Below, piece by piece: positions 35,049-38,608 of a stretch of DNA of 38,608 bases. The position numbers and the translations under genes were made by a program. The notes beneath the pieces are model-generated. The model was not told the origin of the DNA, searched no databases, and saw only the letters and a program-made list of their open reading frames with translations. The stretch comes from Malacoraja senta (taxonomy: Eukaryota). Every line of letters starts with the position of its first letter. The stretch's first letter is position 1. Where the stretch lies: assembly GCA_038087875.1 (NCBI GenBank), contig JAXLNO010000501.1:1-38608 (forward strand). The letters are read 5' to 3'.

Positions 35049-36112
35049 AAAGTCCAGATACACTACATCCACTATCTCTCCTTCATCCATTTTACTTGTC
35101 ACATCCTCAAAAAATTCCAGAAGATTAGTCAAGCAGGATTTCCCCTTCCTACATCCATGCTGACTATGGACCAATCCTTTTACTGCTATCCAAATGCACC
35201 GTTATTACTTCTTTAACAATTGACTCGAGCATCTTCACCACCACCGATGTCAGAATAACTGGCTATAATTTCACGTTTTCTTTCTCGCTCCTTTCTTTAA
35301 AAGTGGGATAACATTAGCTACCCTCCAATCCACAGGAACTGATCTTGAATTTATTGAACATTTGAAAATGATCAACAATGCATCCACAATTTATAGAGCC
35401 TCCTCCTAGAGTACCCTGGGATGCAGACCATCAGGCCCTGGGGATTTATCAGCCTTCAGTCCCATCAGTCTACTCAATACTATTACTCGCCAAATGCAAA
35501 TTTATTTCAGTTCCTCTGTCTCCGTAGATCCTCTGTCCTCTAGTACATCTGGGAGATTGTTTGTGTCTTCCTTAGTGAAGACAGAACCAAAGCACATGTT
35601 CATCTCTTCTGCCATTTTCTTGTTCCCTATAATAATTTCAACTGTTTCTGCCTTCAAGGGACCCACATTTGTCTTAACTAATCTTTTTCTCTTAACATAC
35701 CTAAAGAAGCTTTTACTATCTATCTAACTAAAAGTCTCATCTTGACCACTTCCTGTCTCGCAGTATATCGATTTTAGAAAAAGAACGCTACCATATATCT
35801 CTATGATATTTGGCCATCTTACTTACAGTCCTCCTCCGCTGAGGCAGCCCTGAGAATTTTTCCGATCGATGAAAAATAAAAACAATTATGATTGTTTAAA
35901 AAATCTTGAGATGAGCTGATTGGTCCTCTCGCTTGTCAATCATCACAATTAAGGTAACGCCCCTTCCGGGGTTGGGGGGGGGCAGGACTTTAAAACTCCA
36001 GATGCCTGGACGTGAGTCAGTTACTCTGGAAGATCGCGAGGGAGAGTCCACGACTGTGATTCTAAGCTTTGAATCAACTGAACTGTGAGTCTGCAATGTA
36101 TTTGCAAAAATA

Positions 36113-36522
36113 CTTGAAATGCTATGAAATTGAATTTTTGACCTGCACTCTGCTTGAAATGCTATGAAATTGAATTTGCTGACCTGCACTCTGCTTGAAA
36201 TGCTATGAAATTTAATTTGGTGGCCTGCACTCGGCTTGAAATGCTATGAAATTTAATTTGGTGGCTTGCACTCGGCTTGAAATGCTATGAAATTGAATTT
36301 GGTGGCCTGCACGGCTTGAAATGCTATGAAATTGAATTTGGTGGCCTGCACTCGGCTTGAAATTCTATGAAATTGAATTTGGTGACCTGCACTCGGCTTG
36401 AAATGCTATGAAATTTGGTGGCCTGCACGCGGCTTGAAATGCTATGAAATTGAATTTGGTGGCCTGCACTCTGCTTGAAATGCTATGAAATTGAATTTAG
36501 TGTCATGCAATCTGCTTGAAAT
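36113..36522 (+). repeat. 41-bp minisatellite, ~10 units, inside the Helitron
   Basis: Unit CTTGAAATGCTATGAAATTGAATTTGGTGGCCTGCACTCGG; starts at 36113, 36153, 36194, 36235, 36276 and onward. Confidence 0.95.
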
Positions 36523-36543
36523 GGAATTTCAAGGAATAGCCGT

Positions 36544-36762
36544 GAGTGAACTGCTAGCCCACCAGCCCTGAGTGACTGATCTGCCAGCCCACCAGCCCTG
36601 AGTAACTGAGCTGCCAGCCCAGAGTGACTGAGCTGCCAGCCCATCAGCCCTGAGTGACTGAGCTGCCAGCCCACCAGCCCTGAGTGACTGAGTTGCCAGC
36701 CCACCAGGCCTGAGTGACTGAGCTGCCAGACCACCAGGCCTGAGTGACTAAGCTGCCAGCCC
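36544..36762 (+). repeat. 30-bp minisatellite, ~7-8 units, inside the Helitron
   Basis: Unit GAGTGACTGAGCTGCCAGCCCACCAGCCCT. Confidence 0.93.
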
Positions 36763-38430
36763 AAGAATCCATTTGGCCCTCGATGTCCTTACTAGCCCTC
36801 TGGAAACCTCCCTTCGGCCGACACCCATATTAGTGCTCCAGAAAGCCGCCCCCCCTCCCCCCCCTCCCCCACTGGCCACCAATATTGGAATTGGTGGAGA
36901 GGTGGAATATTGCGTTGGGGGACCAGCATTCCCGTGTAAACATGGGACCCAACGGGGCCCACTTAGTCTAGTCCTTCTTTATATTCTTGGCCATCTTACC
37001 CTCGTACTTCATCTTTTCACCCCGTATTGCCCTTTCTGTTACCTTCTGTTGTCCTTTGAAAGTTTCCCAATCCTCTGGCTTACCGCTACTCTTTGCTATG
37101 TTATACACATTTTCTATTAGTTTTATTCCATCCCTAACTTCCCTTGTCAGCCACGGTTGCCTCTTAGTCCCCTTAGAATCTTTCTTCCTCTTTGGAATGA
37201 AATGATCCTGCATCCTCTGGATTATGCCCAGAAATTCCTGCCATTGCTGTTCCACCGTCATTCCTGCTGATATCCTTTTCCAGTCGACCTTGGCCAGCTT
37301 CTCTCTCATGCCTTCATTGTCGCCTTTTTTTTCAACTGCAACACTGCCACTTCCGATTTAACCTTCTCCTTGTCAAATTGCAGATTAAAACTTATCATAT
37401 TATGGTCACTACCTCCTAGCGGTTCCTTTACCTTGAGTTCCCTTATTAAATTTGATTCATTAGACAACACTAAATCAGAATTGCCTTCTCTCTGGTAGGC
37501 TCCAGTACATGCTGCTCTAAGAATCCATCTCAGAGGCACTCTACAAACTCCCTTTCTTGGGTCCCAGATCCAACCTGATTTTCCCATTCTTTCTGCATAT
37601 TGAAATCTCCCATAACCACAGCATCATTATCTTCATTACATGCCAATTTTAACTCCTGCTGCAACTTTCACCCTATATCCAGGCTATTGTTTGGGAGCCT
37701 GTAGATAACTCCCTTTAATGTATTCTTACCTTTACAATTCCTCAATTCTATCCACAGCGACTCTACATTGTCAGTCCCTATGTTGCCCCTCACAAGGGAC
37801 TGAATTTCATCCCTCACCAACACCCACCTCCTCTGCCCACCTCCTCTGCCCACCTGCCTGTCCTTTCTATAGGACATATAACCCTGAATATTCAGTTCCC
37901 AGTCCCGATCCTCCTGCAGCCATGTCTCTGTAATCCCCAGAGTGTGATATCTACCAATCTCTAACTGACACTCAAGCTCATCCAGTTTACTTCTTATACT
38001 TCGTGTATTCGTATACTGTATAATATTTTTAATCCATTACTCACCTAACCTTTCTCATCGATTCCTATTTCACTTGGCCATACTCTCCTATCCCTTCATG
38101 AGCTTTCTGCCCCGTTAATTCTGGTGTCTTTCTTAACTTTTCCTATACTCTCTTTCCCTTTAACTCCATCCTTGTATTTCCAATTTGTCTCCTCCCCCCC
38201 ACTGTTTAGTTTAAACCCACCCGTGTAGCAGTGGCAAACCTGCCTGCCAGAATGCTGGCCCCTCGCCTGTTCAGGTGCAACCCGTCCCTTTTGTACAATT
38301 TACCCTTACCCCAAAAAAGTTCCCAGTGGTCTAAGAATCTAAATCCCTGCACCCTGCACCAGCTTCTCAGCCACCCATTCAGATCCCCTATCTCCCTGTT
38401 CCTGCCCTCACCAGCACGAGGAACTGGAAG

Positions 38431-38608
38431 GTGACTGTAGGGTCCTGAAAACTGCAACATCCAGGTTCAGGAGTTGCTTCTTCTCAACAACTGTCAGACA
38501 ACTGTCAGGATATCAAACACACAATCTCCAAATAGGCTCCGAACTACATAATCTTGGGGTTATTGTTTATGTCTTTGCTATTATTTGTTTGTTTATTTAA
38601 TATTTATA
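38431..38608 (+). mobile_element. Possible Rex1/Babar 3' fragment
   Basis: LKTATSRFRSCFFSTTVR resembles the Rex1 RT C-terminus, followed by a T-rich UTR. Confidence 0.45.

Larger units (their letters stand above)
35719..36971 (+). mobile_element. Non-autonomous Helitron
   Basis: A|TC...CTAG|T with no TSD; hairpin TGGGACCC-AAC-GGGGCCCA at 36943-36961. Removing it restores the host CR1 frame NIKKDSKSFFRY. Confidence 0.92.
33579..38430 (-). mobile_element. Older CR1 (ORF1 esterase end, EN, RT), interrupted by CR1 no.3 and a Helitron
   Basis: ORFs 38206-38460 (DGLHLN), 37668-37877, 37306-37587 (SDHN), 36968-37309 and 33578-33928 lie in colinear order. Confidence 0.9.

Noticed and set aside
36113..36762. 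CRISPR-like regular repeats
   Set aside because: Head-to-tail units with no unique spacers, no cas genes, and located inside a eukaryotic Helitron.
36483..36764. Repeat protein (GWQLSHSGLV)n
   Set aside because: Translation of the 30-bp minisatellite.

Overview
Repeat-saturated eukaryotic DNA, most likely from a cartilaginous fish (skate or ray). That call is an inference from HE1/V-SINE copies, CR1 LINEs with (CTATGTAT)n tails and Penelope-type ends. I found no host exon, RNA gene or CRISPR array. Positions 1-18.3 kb form a deep nest inside an old CR1. It holds a Gypsy LTR element (5' LTR, PBS, open gag-protease) and a decayed gamma/epsilon-like ERV (3' LTR, PPT, integrase and gag remnants). 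The ERV is split by a 5'-truncated L1 (15-bp TSD) and by a young CR1. That L1 is itself split by another young CR1 and by a second L1 flanked by a 422-bp direct duplication, apparently a giant target-site duplication. Further on are a DIRS1-type tyrosine-recombinase retroelement with perfect termini/ICR but ruined ORFs, a Rex1/Babar fragment, and a 1-kb TIR element with a 7-8 bp TSD. There are also a textbook non-autonomous Helitron carrying two minisatellites and several Penelope ends with decayed hammerhead-ribozyme cores. The best leads are the 422-bp duplication, the pristine-ended non-autonomous DIRS and the fragmented ERV. None is proven novel without database searches.
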